From assembly GCF_000143415.4 (NCBI RefSeq), contig NW_003314273.1:2728719-2792718 (forward strand): a stretch of DNA of 64,000 nt, written 5' to 3'. The stretch comes from Selaginella moellendorffii (Eukaryota; Plantae; Lycopodiophyta). Position 1 is the stretch's first letter, and each line of letters begins with the position of its first letter. Under the pieces are notes generated by a model. It was not told where the DNA came from, searched no databases, and saw nothing but the letters and a program-made list of their open reading frames with translations. Positions 25,123-36,944 of this stretch are shown here, piece after piece. Made by a program: the position numbers and the translations under genes.

Positions 25123-26979
25123 ATGATTATTTATAATGAAAGGCGGGATCTTCTCGAGGCAATTCAATCATGCTCGAGCCTCTTGGAAGCCCAAAAGCTA
25201 CACTCGATAGCCAAACGAGTTTTGAGTTCGAGGGATACCTTTGCCATAAACAAACTTGTTGAAATGTATGGCAAGTGTGGGGGAATACAACACGCTAGAA
25301 TAGTTTTTGATAGCATGAATGAGAAAGACGCATATTCCTGGGTAATTATGCTGTGTGTATATTCCCAAAACGGGCATCTGCAGGATGCTAAGTTCCTGTT
25401 TGACATAATGCCACAATGGGAAACAGTGTCGTGGAATGCCATGCTCGCAGCATATGCCCAAACTGGGTATATTGACCAGGCCAAGGTGCTCTTTGACTCA
25501 ATGCCGGAAAGAAGTTTGGTGACATGGAACTCAATGCTTGCAGCATATTCGCAAACCGAGAATCTGGACGACGCTTGGAATATCTTTGCATCTATGCCTC
25601 TACGGGATCTAGTGTCATACAATTCGGTGGTTTTAGCATTCGCCCAAAATGGAGATTTTGCAAGAGCGAATGAGTTTCTCCGCTTGATGCCAGAACACAC
25701 TCTTGTTGCATGGACGACAATGGTGGCTGCGCTTGGGCGGCACTGCGAATTGGAATGGGCAAAGCAAATGTTTGATTCCATGCCTCTGCAGAACATAGTG
25801 ACATGGAATGTGATTCTGGGAGCATATGCTGATAACGACCATCTAGAGGAGGCAAAGATTGTGTTTGAGGCAATGCCGGAGTGGGATCTTGTCTCATGGA
25901 CTAGCATGTTTTCTGCTTTAGTTCGCGGGGGCAATTTGGGTCAAGCCAAGCTAGTTCTCCGGTCAATGCCAGTAGTCAACTCGTTGACATTGACCACTGT
26001 TCTGGCGGCGCACGTCAACGCCGGTCAACTCGCGGAGGCTGTGCAGGTCTTTGAGTCAATGCCCGAGAGGGACATGGTTGCGTGGACGGCCATGCTGGTT
26101 GGATATGCCCAATCGGGGGATACGAGACTCGCAAGGAATATGCTTGAAAAGATGCCAAGATGGAATGTGGTAGCGTGCAGTGCCATGGTTTTAGCATATA
26201 TTCAGCACGGCGACGTAGAAAACGCGCAAATAATTTTATCTGAGATGCCCTTTCTTGATAGCATTTCGTGGAATTCAATGCTCTCAGTATATGCCCAAGG
26301 AAGGGATCTTGAACATACCATATACGTGTTTGATAGCCAACCTGTCAAGCCAGTAGCGTCCTATAACCTAATTCTCTCATCGTTTTCGCAAAATGGTTTT
26401 ACAGAAATGGCTGTGAGATTGTTTCATTCAATGCAGGAAAGGAATCTCGTGTCCTGGAATGCAATGCTTGCGGCGTATGCCCACATCGGGTATCTTGATC
26501 GATGCTGGAATCTCTTCGAGGCACTTCCAGAGAGAGACACTGTCTCGTGGGGCACAATTTTAGCTGCAATTGCGGAGAAAGGTGATTCGAAAGACGCATT
26601 CAAGATTTTTAGCAGCATGAATCTGATCGGCACAACAGCTGATGAAGCTTGTTTTGTATCACTTCTCGTGGCCTGTAGCCGTGGAGGCAAGCTCTACGCG
26701 GCCAAAACGTACTTGGCTTCCATGATCCTCGACTTTGGACTGAAGCCCTTGAAGCAGCACTACTGCTGTGTGATAAACTTGCTGGCCAAAGCTGGGCACC
26801 TTGACAGTGCTGCGAATCTTATCAATGAGATGCCTTTTGTGCCAGATGCCCTAGAGTGGACGTGCTTGCTCTCAGGAACTTACAGTGGTGGTAGAATTTT
26901 GGGGACCAATGCCGCAAAGAAGGTTGCGAGTCATTTAAATGGCCACTTTTTCCCGCCAGAACTTATTTGCCCTAGCTAG
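25123..26979 (+). CDS. PLS-class PPR protein with truncated E-like C-terminus (PPR-B)
   Basis: 618-aa intronless ORF, same repeat type as PPR-A; HYCCVINLLAKAGH..MPFVPDALEWTCLL. Confidence 0.92.
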   Translation: MIIYNERRDLLEAIQSCSSLLEAQKLHSIAKRVLSSRDTFAINKLVEMYGKCGGIQHARIVFDSMNEKDAYSWVIMLCVYSQNGHLQDAKFLFDIMPQWETVSWNAMLAAYAQTGYIDQAKVLFDSMPERSLVTWNSMLAAYSQTENLDDAWNIFASMPLRDLVSYNSVVLAFAQNGDFARANEFLRLMPEHTLVAWTTMVAALGRHCELEWAKQMFDSMPLQNIVTWNVILGAYADNDHLEEAKIVFEAMPEWDLVSWTSMFSALVRGGNLGQAKLVLRSMPVVNSLTLTTVLAAHVNAGQLAEAVQVFESMPERDMVAWTAMLVGYAQSGDTRLARNMLEKMPRWNVVACSAMVLAYIQHGDVENAQIILSEMPFLDSISWNSMLSVYAQGRDLEHTIYVFDSQPVKPVASYNLILSSFSQNGFTEMAVRLFHSMQERNLVSWNAMLAAYAHIGYLDRCWNLFEALPERDTVSWGTILAAIAEKGDSKDAFKIFSSMNLIGTTADEACFVSLLVACSRGGKLYAAKTYLASMILDFGLKPLKQHYCCVINLLAKAGHLDSAANLINEMPFVPDALEWTCLLSGTYSGGRILGTNAAKKVASHLNGHFFPPELICPS

Positions 26980-26984
26980 GGCTC

Positions 26985-28108
26985 ATGAAGCATGGCGCCA
27001 GTGAAAATCCGGAGCAGCAGGCGATCCAGGAAGAAAGCGCTCGTCTCCGCAATGCCGCGATCTCCCGCGGCCTTCTCGGCCGCTCTGCGGCATCGCCGCC
27101 GCAGCTGTTGCTCCCATCCAAAGGTAGGCACCATATTCGCCGAGACAGACAACAATCGATTTTCTTGGGAATTTCTAGAGCTTTTGAAGTGCGATGGCAA
27201 AGACATCGTGAAGAAGGGGACCAGGAAGAGCAAGTTCTTGTTCTCGTTTCCCGGGCTTGTGGCTCCTGTCGCTGGTGGAAAATTTGGGGATCTTGCTCAT
27301 CTAGACACGAAGAATCCCATTCTTTATGTCGATTTTCCAAAGGTGCGGTATTGTTTGAGAGAGGAGAGAACGATGAAAAATATCTCTGGCTGGATTCCAG
27401 GGGCGCATCAAGCTTTTCGGTACCATTGTCTATCCCAAGAACAAGTATCTTACCTTGCAGCTAACGAAGGGATCAAAAAGTGTTATTTGCGACGATGTGA
27501 TAGAATCACTGGTAAGCAAAACATAATTTTTTTCAGGAAAGCAGCTTGAGGCTGACCGGTCTGCTAATTTCAGGTGGTTTTCTCCGAGTCCTGGTGGATT
27601 GGAACGAAAGAAGAAAATCCCGAAGAGAAAAAACTAGACATGCCGAAAGATCTTTGCGAGGTATTTTGTATAATTCCTAAGGAACTCTATGGATTCGGTT
27701 GTCTTACAGGAGAAGCACACGAACTATAGCTTCACGGCTGGTGCTGGATCCGATTCTAAAACAACCACACAAGCGCAAAAGCTAGCAGCTAGTGTCAGCA
27801 CTTGTACCTTAAAGCAGAGCACTTTAACGGGCTTCCAATCGCCTAGCTTGCCTGAAGAACCGATTCGTCAATCTGTGCGTACTTCTGGCCAGAAACGAAG
27901 GTAAGACAACTTGAGTTTATATCCCTCTTGACAATGATTTTCCTGCTACCATTCCAGCTATTCGGAAATTGATATCTCTGACGATGAGATCGACGAAGCT
28001 GACACACCGAAAGCGGCCAGCACTTCAAAGTCTGAAGCCTGTCCAGAGAGGAAAGCTGGGAAAAAGGCCACGATTCTAGACTTTATGGTACGCAAGCCAG
28101 CGCTGTAG
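26985..28108 (+). CDS. RHL1: ROOT HAIRLESS 1-like DNA-binding subunit of the topoisomerase VI complex, multi-exon
   Basis: Spliced frame: LLPSK/ELLKCDGKDIVKKGTRKSKFLFSFPGLVAP..LDTKNPILYVDFPK/GRIKLFGTIVYPKNKYLTLQ..VICDD/VVFSESWWIGTKEENPEE, matching the conserved RHL1 domain; stop TAG at 28106-28108. Confidence 0.9.
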
Positions 28109-28515
28109 AGAGACAATTCACGCTTTGGAAAACAAGAACCAAGGTATGGAATTTCGGACGGAGTGTTTTTCTTGTTTTCTTTGCAGGCACTACACTCTTA
28201 GCGTCCCAAACTAAACTCCCAACTTGGAAGATGATTTGGAATAGCTGGTTTTATTCACTGATAGCAGCATACAGTGGTGCCAGCTATGTTACTTGCCAGG
28301 TTAAAGAGATCATACTTGCAACGACCAGGAAGGCATTTTATGAATAAGGAGCTTCGATTCACGCAAATCGCCATTCTTTGTCTTGCATTTTGCTGTGAGA
28401 CTTATCAATTTCAAGCTTCGCATGAAAGTAGCCACCGCAAGCATTGGTAATTACGCAAAAGCAAATTCGAGATGGACTTTTTCTAGTCTCTACTGATGTC
28501 TAATAAATAGACTTT

Positions 28516-28588
28516 TGGAGGTGAGGGGCATCGATCCCCTTACCTATCGCATGCGAAGCGATCGCTCTACCATCTGAGCTACACCCCC
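28516..28588 (-). tRNA. tRNA-Ala (CGC)
   Basis: Near-identical to 24164-24236 but anticodon loop CTT CGC AT. Confidence 0.92.
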
Positions 28589-29029
28589 TTAATATCACAC
28601 TAATAAATTTCTAAGAAGAGTATATAGACAAGTCCAAAATACCTTTGTTCCAAACGATCACTTCTGGATCGATGGATGTTTGTTTTTCTTTTCTTTTGCT
28701 TCAGGTGCAAGCAATATAATGGCAGCAAAAAACATGTCTCCACTTGTTGCAATTGCGAAGAGTTCGATCTCAAAGCAATCTCAATGGAGGCCTTGTGTGC
28801 TGCTCACATGATGAAATACTGGTTTAACCGCACAAGCTAAATGGGCCTATCAGTCTTGTTGCTCTAGATTTGACGCAAGCAACATGAAGCCATGGCCTTT
28901 TCCTTGAACGAAATTATCATCAAGAGAAGTTGATATTTCTTTCCTTTGGTTTCTCTCTTCATGGCTTTTTCTGCTACAAAACTCCGCTTCAAATATGACG
29001 CATCTCTCTTTTCTTTATTCTTCCTTTGG

Positions 29030-29810
29030 AACTGTGTGATAAACTTGCTGGCCAAAGCTGGGCATTTGAATGTGCTGCAAATCTTATCAATGGTCGTATG
29101 CTTTGGACCTGGTAGAATTTTGGGGACGAGAGTCATTTAAACGGCATTTTTCCTGCCAGAACTCATTAGCTATGAATGGCGCCAGAGAAAATCCAGAGCA
29201 GCGGGCGATCCAGGAAGAAAGCGCTCGTCTCCGAAATGCCGCAATCTCCCGCGGAATTCTCAGCCCTTTCGTGGCATCGCACCGCAGCTGTTGCTATATT
29301 TTAGAGATAGGATTCGATTTTCTATGGAATTTCCAGATGTCATGGCGAAGACATCGTGAAGAAGGGGACCAGGAAGATCAAGTTCCTGTTCTCGTTTCCC
29401 AGGCTTGTGGCTCCTGTATTCTTATGCCGATTTTCCAAATGTGTGTGAGGAGGAAAGGATGAAAAATTATTTTCTACCTTGCAGGTGTTATTTGCGATGA
29501 TGGAATCACTGGTAAAAACAGTTCTTCCCGAGGAAAAGTTGCCAGCAGCTTGAGGCTGACCGGTCTACTGATTTCAGGTTGTTTTCTCCGAGTCCTGGTG
29601 GACTGGAACAAAGAGAAAAAACTGAACACGCCTAAAGATCTTTGCGAGGTACTTCGTAAAATACCCTACAGACTGGATCGTCTTGTAGGAGGGGAACACA
29701 AACTATAGCTTTATGGCTGGTGCTGAATCGGATTCTAAAACACCCACACATATGCAAAAGCTAGCAGCTGCTGTCATCACTTCTACAGCACTCTAGCTTG
29801 CTTGAAGAAC
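29030..29810 (+). pseudogene. Degenerate PPR-B tail + RHL1 pseudogene
   Basis: CVINLLAKAGHL, then MNGARENPEQRAIQEESARLRNAAISRG and deleted/frameshifted RHL1 exons. Confidence 0.85.
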
Positions 29811-30686
29811 TGCCAAAGTATATTTATTTCTAATAAACACTATAAACCTGGTGCGTACTGTTGTGAGGGAATCTTGCAATTGCCCCACACTCAAAATCTC
29901 ATTAGAGAACTCTATCTCTCACTGAAAATGTCACAAAAAAATGTGTGATCAAATCTCATATTTGCGAATATCTCTGGCATCATTCCAACAGGTGACCACA
30001 GTAAGATTGTGCAAATGGCTAAGTCTATCAATAGAAGAGAAAATGAAAAAAAAAATTGTAAAACAAATGTATGGACTTTGAAGGAAAAAAAAAAGGAAAT
30101 TATTGATTGGTTGACTGATTATTATTACACTAATAATATTAACAAGTATTAAGATCATTATGCATTATCTCCTTAATGACCTTTGTCGTTGACAAAGAGT
30201 GCAAACTTAATAAAATAATTATTGCTTAGTGGTTTCAATAATTTGGTATTTCAGTTAAGAATATTAACCTATAGTGGTAGTTCTACCTTTTAACTTTTAT
30301 TCACACTAATAAGAAGAACCCTATGAAAGCAATAAAAATATCCTTATGTATTAAGTATATTTCTATAAATATATTCTAGAATATTAGAGGTTATAAAATT
30401 TATAGTGACATTCTCTATTGCATGTCAAATATCATTTATTTATAAATATTTGAATGTTAAGTGTCATTAGCCTCTCAAACTATTTATGTCATGACATTCG
30501 ATTCAATGCCAAATTATTCCTTACATTTTACTTTCACCGCATGAAAAGTTGACCAAGACAACTCTGACACAGGGTGTTAGCTATCTTAATGGAGGTTAGT
30601 CAGAGAATCCTGGATTTCTCTGTTCATCGCATGGAAAAATTTTCTCTTGATAAGGCTCGGTGATTTTCCTACTCCAGGCTAAGACG

Positions 30687-31349
30687 ATGGCTGTTGCGGC
30701 TTTGCCTGTTGCTGGATCACAGTTTTGTGACTTCCAGGCCGTAGATCTCACTCTTTCCAGCTCGGGAGTCTTCAGCTGTGGGAAGTATACAGTCCGGGAT
30801 GCAGAACAAAACCAAGTTTTTGCAGTGGATGGGAAATTTGGCTGCGGTCGCCAGCGGAGAGTTATGGATTCCAGTGGAAAGCTTCTTCTTGTGCTCCAGA
30901 AAGAGGTGCTTGAAACGCATCTTTCTTTTCCTTTCGAATTCTCAGAAAACCGTTAGGCAGGCATGTAGTCTCCAGAACAAGTGGAAGGTTTATCTCGACG
31001 AAGACAAGCTCCTCTTTACAACGAAGCGGCCTTTCTTCTTCCGGCTAGAGTTATGCGTGGATGTGTACCTCGGGGAGAGCACCACGCCCGATTTCAAGCT
31101 CACTGGAAGCGTCTTCACCGGGAAATACTGCTTACACAGGACTGATACTGGAGAGCTGATTGCAAAGGTATGTCTCTCTTTTCTTCTTCTCGAAGAGACT
31201 TTGAGTTTGATGAACAGGCAAGGTCCAAGAGGAATCTGGCATGCGGTGCGAGCTACAGCATAGAAATTGAGCCTGGAGTGGACTCGCTATTTGTGGTTCC
31301 AATGATTTTAACCATAGTGGGACGTCAATTTTCTGGCTTCATTCCATAG
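30687..31349 (+). CDS. LURP-one-related (Tubby C 2/LOR) protein, 3 exons
   Basis: PVAGSQFC, YTVRDAEQNQVFAVDG, VMDSSGKLLL, LDVYL..PDFKLTG, YSIEIEPGVDSLFVV; exons 30687-30905, 30961-31167, 31218-31349. Confidence 0.85.
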
Positions 31350-31479
31350 TTGAGTTCATTAAATCCAACTTTATGCAAGTTCATCATTACATAATATCGC
31401 GAAATCTTGAAACGGGAAAATTTCACTTCTAAACAGTTTCTTCCAGGCAGCTATGGCGGGCATTGGTTAGTGGTTTCTA

Positions 31480-31790
31480 TCGACATTCTTGCCCGATTGC
31501 TTGTTGAAGCTATAGTGGCCCATGGTGATCAACTCCCCTGCTGGGGTGATCCTCACTCATCCTCGGACATGGAGCGTTCGAGGTACCCATCGATTAGGCT
31601 TAGTGCCCAGCGTATCGCAAATAGCCCCAATCGCGCGCACTCCTCCAGCTTTGTTTGGGGATGCGGTGCTTACACAGTTCCACAGTTGCGGTATTTTGCG
31701 TACTGATAATGGAAGAGCTATGTACTGCCGTTAAGTTGTACTCCATTTTTCGGCTTTAGCCGCGATTTATACTACAGTGTTTATCTTTAC
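31480..31790. pseudogene. Collapsed remnant: minus-strand CCD fragments joined to plus-strand last exon/3' flank of the 42602 LURP gene
   Basis: 31495-31572 reverse-translates to MSEDE..ITPAGELITMGHYSFNK (CCD); 31644-31715 matches 43295-43390. Confidence 0.8.
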
Positions 31791-31990
31791 GACACGGGAA
31801 AAAAAAACACGAAATTATCCCTTTGGTTGTGTTTTGTTTGGTCCCACTCATTGATTAGCCGTTCCCACCAAGAGTTAAAACGCGTCTTAGAGGAGATTAG
31901 TCAGAGCATCCTGGATTTCTGTGTCCTCGCAAGCGTGAAGAGCTTTGCTCTTGAAAAGGCTTGGTGATTTTAAACCTCCAGGCTAAGGCT

Positions 31991-32675
31991 ATGGGTTTCG
32001 ATCAAGATGCTGCCAAGGTTGTTGCAGCTTTGCCTGTTGTTGGAGCACAGTTTTGCGACTTCCAGGCTGTGGATCTTACTCTCTCCAGCTCGGGAGTCTT
32101 CAGCTGTGGGAAGTATACTGTCCGGGATGCAAAACAAAACCAAGTTTTTGCAGTGGATGGAAACTTTGGATGCGGTCGCCAGCGGAGAGTTATGGATTCC
32201 AGTGGAAAGGTTATTCTCGTGCTCCACAAAGAGGTACTAAACCAACTCTCTTTTCTCTAAATAGTAACCCGTTTGGCAGGCATTCAGTTTCCAGAACAAG
32301 TGGAAGGCCTATCTCGTCGAAGACAAGCTTCTCTTCACAGCGAAGAAGCCTTGCTTCCGGCTAAAGTTCTGCGTGGACGTGTACCTCGGGAAGAGCACCA
32401 CGCCCGATTTCAAGCTCACTGGATGCGACTTCACCGGGAAGTACAGCTTACGCAGGACTGATACTGGACAGCTGATTGCAAAGGTATGTCTCTCTGTTCT
32501 TCTGCGAAGAAGAGATTTTGAGATTGATCCACAGGCAAGGTACAAGAGAAAACTGGCAAGCATTGCGGGACGCCACAGCTACAGCATAGAGATTGAACCT
32601 GGAGTGGACTCGTTGTTTGTGGTTTCGATGTTTCTAGTCATGAACGAGATTTACCTTGACAAACAAAGAGTTTAA
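31991..32675 (+). CDS. LURP-one-related protein, 3 exons
   Basis: MGFDQDAAKVVAALPVVGAQFC..., PDFKLTG, SYSIEIEPGVDSLFVVSMFLVMNEI. Confidence 0.87.
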
Positions 32676-33339
32676 GTTTATATTCGTGAGTGTTTAATTG
32701 ACCTTCATGGTTATAATATATTGGTACAATAATGTCTCCTTCAATTGGCCCACCATGCTCAAAAGAAGTGTCTAAGTGAAGTTCATATTTGATAGGCATT
32801 ATTCATATAGCAAGTTATATATAATGCTAAGCATAAATATGGAATGGAAAATATTGAGTAAAATCTCTCATGTTTATCCGCACGGCCATCTTGCACATGT
32901 ATATGCAATAATTTCCAATCGCTAGATTGGAAAAGTATATTCTAGCAAGTAGGAACTCTTTGGAGCTTAGGAAGATTAAACATCACATGTTGGAAATAAA
33001 TTTAATAGAAAATGTAGGAGGGATTGAAAAGTTATTCACCCTTGGGTGATTTTTGGAAGGGATGACGATCAACTGTAGATCTTCTGTGGCTGCCAAAGCA
33101 AAGAATGCCTTGGCAACTATCAGCTCTAGGTCCATACAAGAATCTGCTCTTGAGATACATGAGAAATTTTTAGTTCATATAGCTATTAAAGATGCATATA
33201 ATAGAATGATAAACTTGAGATCAAAAGATGATAGTGCCATTAATGATATAGAAAAAGCAATTGCTAAAGTAGGCTAATATGATGAAAGTAATTTCTTTTT
33301 GCTCACAAAATAATCTACCCCTTCAACAAATGCCTGATT

Positions 33340-34325
33340 AAGGTAGGCACCATATTCACCGAGACAGACAACAATCGATTTTCTTGGGAATTTCCAGAGC
33401 TTTTGAAGTGCGATGGCAAAGACATCGTGAAGAAGGGGACCAGGAAGAGCAAGTTTCTTGTTCTCGTTTTTCGGGCTTGTGGCTCCTGTCGCTGGTGGGA
33501 AATTTGGGGATCTTGCTCATCTAGACACGAAGAATCCCATTCTTTATGTCGATTTTCCAAAGGTGCGGTATTGTTTGAGAGAGGAGAGAACGATGAAAAA
33601 TATCTCTGGCTGGATTCCAGGGGCGCATCAAGCTTTTCGGTACCATTGTCTATCCCAAGAACAAGTATCTTTCCCTTGGAGCTAACGAAGGGATCAAAAA
33701 GTGTTATTTGCGACGATGTGATAGAATCACTGGTAAGCAAAACATAATTCTTTTCAGGAAAGCAGCTTGAGACTGACCGGTCTGCTAATTTCAGGTGGTT
33801 TTCTCCGAGTCCTGGTGGATTGGAAGGAAAGAAGAAAATCCCGAAAGAGAAAACTAGACATGCCGAAAGATCTTTGCGAGGTATTTTGTAAAATTCCTAA
33901 GGAACTCTATGGATTCGGTTGTCTTACAGGAGAAGCACACGAACTATAGCTTCACGGCTGGTGCTGGATCCGATTCTAAAACAACCACACAAGCGCAAAA
34001 GCTAGCAGCTAGTGTCAGCACTTGTACCTTAAAGCAGAGCACTTTAACGGGCTTCCAGTCGCCTAGCTTGCCTGAAGAACCGATTCGTCAATCTGTGCGT
34101 ACTTCTGGCCAGAAACGAAGGTAAGACAACTTGAGTTTATATCCCTGACAATGATTTTCCTGCTACCGTTCCAGCTATTCGGAAATTGATATCTCTGACG
34201 ATGAGATCGACGAAGCTGACACACCGAAAGCGGCCAGCACTTCAAAGTCTGAAGCCTGTCCAGAGAGGAAAGCTGGGAAAAAGGCCACGATTCTAGACTT
34301 TATGGTACGCAAGCCAGCGCTGTAG
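33340..34325 (+). pseudogene. RHL1 pseudogene (exon 1 missing, two 1-nt insertions)
   Basis: Near-identical to 27121-28108 but AAGTTTCTTG and CTTTCCCTTGGA insertions shift the frame. Confidence 0.88.
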
Positions 34326-34726
34326 AGAGACAATTCACGCTTTGGAAAACAAGAACCAAGGTATGGAATTTCGGACGGAGTGTTTTTATCATGCCTGCTT
34401 GTTTTCTTTGCAGGCACTACACTCTTAGCGTCCCAAACTAAACTCCCAACTTGGAAGATGATTTGGAATAGCTGGTTTTATTCACTGATAGCAGCATACA
34501 GTGGTGCCAGACTTGCCAGGTTAAAGAGATCATACTTGCAACGACCAGGAAGGCATTTTATGAATAAGGAGCTTCGATTCACACAAATCGCCATTTTTCT
34601 TTGAGACTTATCAATTTCAGCTTCGCATGAAAGTAGCCATCCACCGGAAGCATCGGTAATTACGCAAAAAAACAAATTCGAGATGTAGATAACTAACTAT
34701 ATACTGATGTCTAATAAATAAACTTT

Positions 34727-34800
34727 TGGAGGTGAAGGGCATCCGATCCCCTTACCTATCGCATGCGAAGCGATCGCTCTACCATCTGAGCTACACCCCC
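34727..34800 (-). tRNA. tRNA-Ala (CGC), probably pseudo (T-loop insertion)
   Basis: 74 nt; T-arm reads GGGGATCGGATGCCCTT versus GGGGATCGATGCCCCT in the 28516 copy. Confidence 0.8.
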
Positions 34801-35307
34801 TTAATATCACACTAATAAATTTCTAAGAAGGTATATAGACAAGTCCAAATTACCTTTGTTCCAAACGATCACTTCTGGATCGATACACTCGGATGTTTGT
34901 TTTTCTTTTCTTTTGCTTCTACTATATGAGCTCCAAGTAATATAATGGCAGCAAAAAACATGTCTCCACTTGTTGCAATTGCGAAGAGTTCGATCTCAAA
35001 GCAATGTCAATGGAGGCTTTGTGTGCTGCTCACAGGATGAACTACTGATCTAACTGTGCAAGTTAAGTGGGCTATCAAGATACAAATCTTGTTTGCTCTA
35101 GATTTGATGCAAGCAACATGAAGTCATGGCCTTCTCCTTGAACGAAATTATCATCCAGAGAAGTTGATATTTCTTTCCTTTGGTTTCTCTCTTCATGGCT
35201 TTTTCTGTGTTTGACATTGTTTGTTGAATAGTACTTGATTAGATTTTCCCCATTCAAGAGCTACAAAACTCCGCTTAAAAAATGACGCATCTCATTCCTC
35301 CTTTAAA

Positions 35308-35940
35308 ACTGTGTGATAAACTTGCTGGCCAAAGCTGGGCATCGCATCTTGAATGTGCTGCAAATCTTATCAATGGTCGTGTGCTTTGGACCTGGTAGAA
35401 TTTTGGGGACGAAGGTCATGAGTCATTTAAATGGCATTTTTCCCGCCAAAACTCATTTAGTTAGGAATGGCGCCAGAGAAAGTCCAGAGCAGCAGGCGAT
35501 CCAGAAAGAAAGCGCTTGTCTCCAAAATGCCCCAAACTCCCGCGGAATTGTCAGCCCCTTCGTGGCATCGCACCGCAGCTGTTGCTATATTTTCAAGACA
35601 TCGTGAAGAGGAAGATCAAGTTCTTGTTCTCGTTTCCCAGGCTTGTGCTCCTGGTTTTTTATGCCGATTTTCCAAATGTGTGTGAGGAGGAAAGGATGAA
35701 AAATTATTTTGGTCGGATTTCAGGGGCTGTACCATTTTGTAAGTATCTTACCTTGCACGCCTAAAGATCTTTGCGAGGTACTTCGTAAAATACTCTACAG
35801 ACTGGATCGTCTTGTAGGAGGGGAACACAAACTATAGCTTTATGGCTGGTGCTGAATCGGATTCTAAAACACCCACACATATGCAAAAGCTAGCAGCTGC
35901 TGTCATCACTTCTACAGCACTCTAGCTTGCTTGAAGAACT
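35308..35940 (+). pseudogene. Degenerate PPR-B tail + RHL1 pseudogene (duplicate of 29030-29810)
   Basis: INLLAKAGH, NGARESPEQQAIQKESACLQNA, further deletions. Confidence 0.83.
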
Positions 35941-36944
35941 GCCAAAGTATATTTATTTCTAATAAAAACTATAAACCTGGTGCGTACTGTTGTGAGGGAA
36001 TCTTGCAATTGCCACACACTCAAAATCTCATTAGAGAACTCTAGCTCTCACTGAAAATGTCACAAAAAAATGTGTGATCAAATCTCAATAATGAAGCAGA
36101 GTAAGCTTGGAATCATACCAACGAAGATTGCGCAAATGGCTAACTCTATAAATAGAGGACAAAGGAATTGAGAGAGAAAATGGAAAAGAAAATGTAAAAC
36201 AAACAGGAATTTGAAAAAAAAAGGAAATTATTGATGGCATAGCTTGATTGGTTTACTGATTTATTATTACACTGATAATATTAACAAGTATTAAGATCAT
36301 CTCTTTATGACCTTTGTCGAGTGCAAACTTAACAAAATAATTATTGATTAATGATTTCAATAATTTGGTCAAGTAAATATTTCAGTTAAAAAAATTAACC
36401 CATAGTGGTAGTTCTACCTTTTAACTTTTATCCACTACTACTACGCTACTGATTGAAAACTAAAAATATAAGACTGAAAAATTTTCATTAACATATAATA
36501 TATTATGATCTTATGCTTCTAGTTAGGCTCCCAAAAACATGTTTTATTACCATGATAATAATATTTAATTATAAAGAAAATCATATGATAGTACTTAAAT
36601 AACAAAAAAACAGATTAAATTAGTTAGTGGTTAATAAATAGTTGATCAGTTTTTACAAACTGAATGCCATTAACACAGGTAATACTGGACAAGGGGAATA
36701 AACATGGGAGATTTTACTGAAATATTCATGCTTAGCATTACATATAACTTGCTATTGGAATAATGCCTATCAAATATGAACTTCACTTAGACTCTTATTT
36801 TGAGCATGGTGGGCAACCAATTGAAGGAGACATTATTGTACCATCCGAGCTACGAATATATTATAACCATGAAGTTCTATTAAAACACTCATAAATATAA
36901 ACTTAAACTCCATCACCACCACCACTTGGAGCTGGTTTGTCGAG

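Larger units (their letters stand above)
27121..30300 (+). repeat. ~3.1 kb direct segmental duplication, copy 1 (partner 33340-36431)
   Basis: Colinear identity from AAGGTAGGCACCATATTC to TTCTACCTTTTAACTTTTAT, including RHL1, tRNA-Ala and RHL1 remnant. Confidence 0.92.
30520..32860 (+). repeat. Left arm of ~2.3 kb inverted duplication (right arm ~36700-38975)
   Basis: CTTTCACCGCATGAAAAGTTGACC at 30531 is reverse-complemented at ~38948-38971; both LURP genes and the intergenic CCD remnant are mirrored. Confidence 0.92.

Noticed and set aside
21527-25934. Long antisense ORFs over PPR genes (21527-22237, 25164-25934) and similar ones over CCD/NPF
   Set aside because: Shadow frames expected from codon bias of the real genes.
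33053-33277. 74-aa ORF in the unique segment before the RHL1 pseudogene
   Set aside because: No recognisable motif; cannot support a gene or transposon call.
27121-36431. Duplications as pure haplotype assembly artefact
   Set aside because: Copies carry independent deletions, frameshifts and nested inversions; artefact not excluded without long reads but unlikely as sole cause.
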